Assembly (NCBI GenBank): GCA_010405405.1
Contig: MU004234.1
Location: 1,825,275-1,889,274, forward strand
Direction: 5' to 3'
Source of the DNA: Microthyrium microscopicum
Lineage: Eukaryota
Length of the DNA: 64,000 bases
The notes under the pieces are model-generated. The model saw nothing but the letters and a program-made list of their open reading frames with translations, did not search any database and was not told where the DNA came from. The position numbers and the translations under genes were made by a program. Shown here piece after piece: positions 63,331 through 64,000 of the stretch; position 1 is the stretch's first letter, and each line of letters opens with the position of its first letter.

Positions 63331-64000
63331 ATGGCTAAAGGTAGAGAACCAAGCAAGACGGCTGAAGTTGGTAATGATGGTGAACGGCCAAGAAAGCGAA
63401 CACGAATGACGGTTGATTCTTTTCCATTCATGCGACTGCCAGATGAGCTAAAAATTGAAATTCTCCGCCAAGCACTTACTCATCCTACCCCGGTTCATTT
63501 ATCTTATGACGAAGAGAGATATTGGGATGAGAAGAAAATCCTGGATGCTCGTATCGCCGAAGGCTATATCGGAGCTTTCGATTCATCAGATAGACCAAAT
63601 TCCGGTGAACCAAAAAAGCGGTTTGTACATACTTTCACGGGATTTCCATTAAATAGCTCCAGCTTGATATCAAAAAGGGTCTTGACTGACTAACCTCTCC
63701 TAGACTACATATCAACACCTCCCTTCTACGGGCGAACAAGCACGTTGCTAAAGTGGCTCTTCCGGTGCTGTACGGCGACAATAGATTTTCCTTGCGACTA
63801 CGAACAGCATATATAGTCATAGAGGTACTCAAGCCAAACAAGAAACATGTCAAACACTTGATCTTCGAGGCACACCGCGAAAGGGATATAACAGACTATA
63901 ATCCAAGGGGGCTAGTTGAGATGGGTCGACGACTTCGTTACTACTTCTTTCTCCAAGACGTTGAGCTTCCGTTGTGGCCGGATTGGAACCCAATTACTGG
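63331..64000 (+). CDS. F-box-like domain protein, truncated by the window end
   Basis: FPFMRLPDELKIEILRQAL, then after a short intron INTSLLRANKHVAKVALPVLYGDNRF. Confidence 0.65.

Noticed and set aside
1..64000. CRISPR arrays, rRNA or tRNA genes
   Set aside because: No repeat-spacer array or recognisable structural RNA seen by eye. A tRNAscan-SE/Infernal run would be needed to exclude small RNAs.

Overview
A 64-kb window of a filamentous ascomycete (Pezizomycotina) genome, judged from short GT-AG introns with CTRAC/CTAAT branch sites and RIP-type mutation. The first ~2.8 kb is a heavily RIP-mutated AT-rich block. It is followed by a ~1-kb foldback element with terminal inverted repeats (TIRs), long internal arms and an 11-bp flanking direct repeat. 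The rest is gene-dense. In order: a GT32 mannosyltransferase; two adjacent pseudogenes (DUF1996/WSC-like and HET-domain); EDC3; a DHN-melanin naphthol reductase; a secreted beta-propeller lactonase; a secreted protein with copper type II monooxygenase-like ligands; a fasciclin/Ser-Thr/Trp-repeat protein spanning a 90-N gap; a membrane protein; JMJD7; an IRS4-like EH protein; VMA3; an ataxin-10/Ctr86-like protein; a QDE-2-like Argonaute; a small GAEQDRYG-repeat protein next to a CYP52-clan P450; an ammonium transporter; a Tc1/mariner-type MITE; DUG2; an NAD(P)-binding protein; and two divergent F-box-like genes. The best candidates for undescribed biology are (1) the lactonase plus copper-monooxygenase-like pair, which share an identical 18-bp promoter element, (2) the repeat-peptide plus P450 pair, and (3) the nested foldback element. 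All functional calls come from motif recognition by eye. No database searches were run, and exon boundaries are manual estimates.
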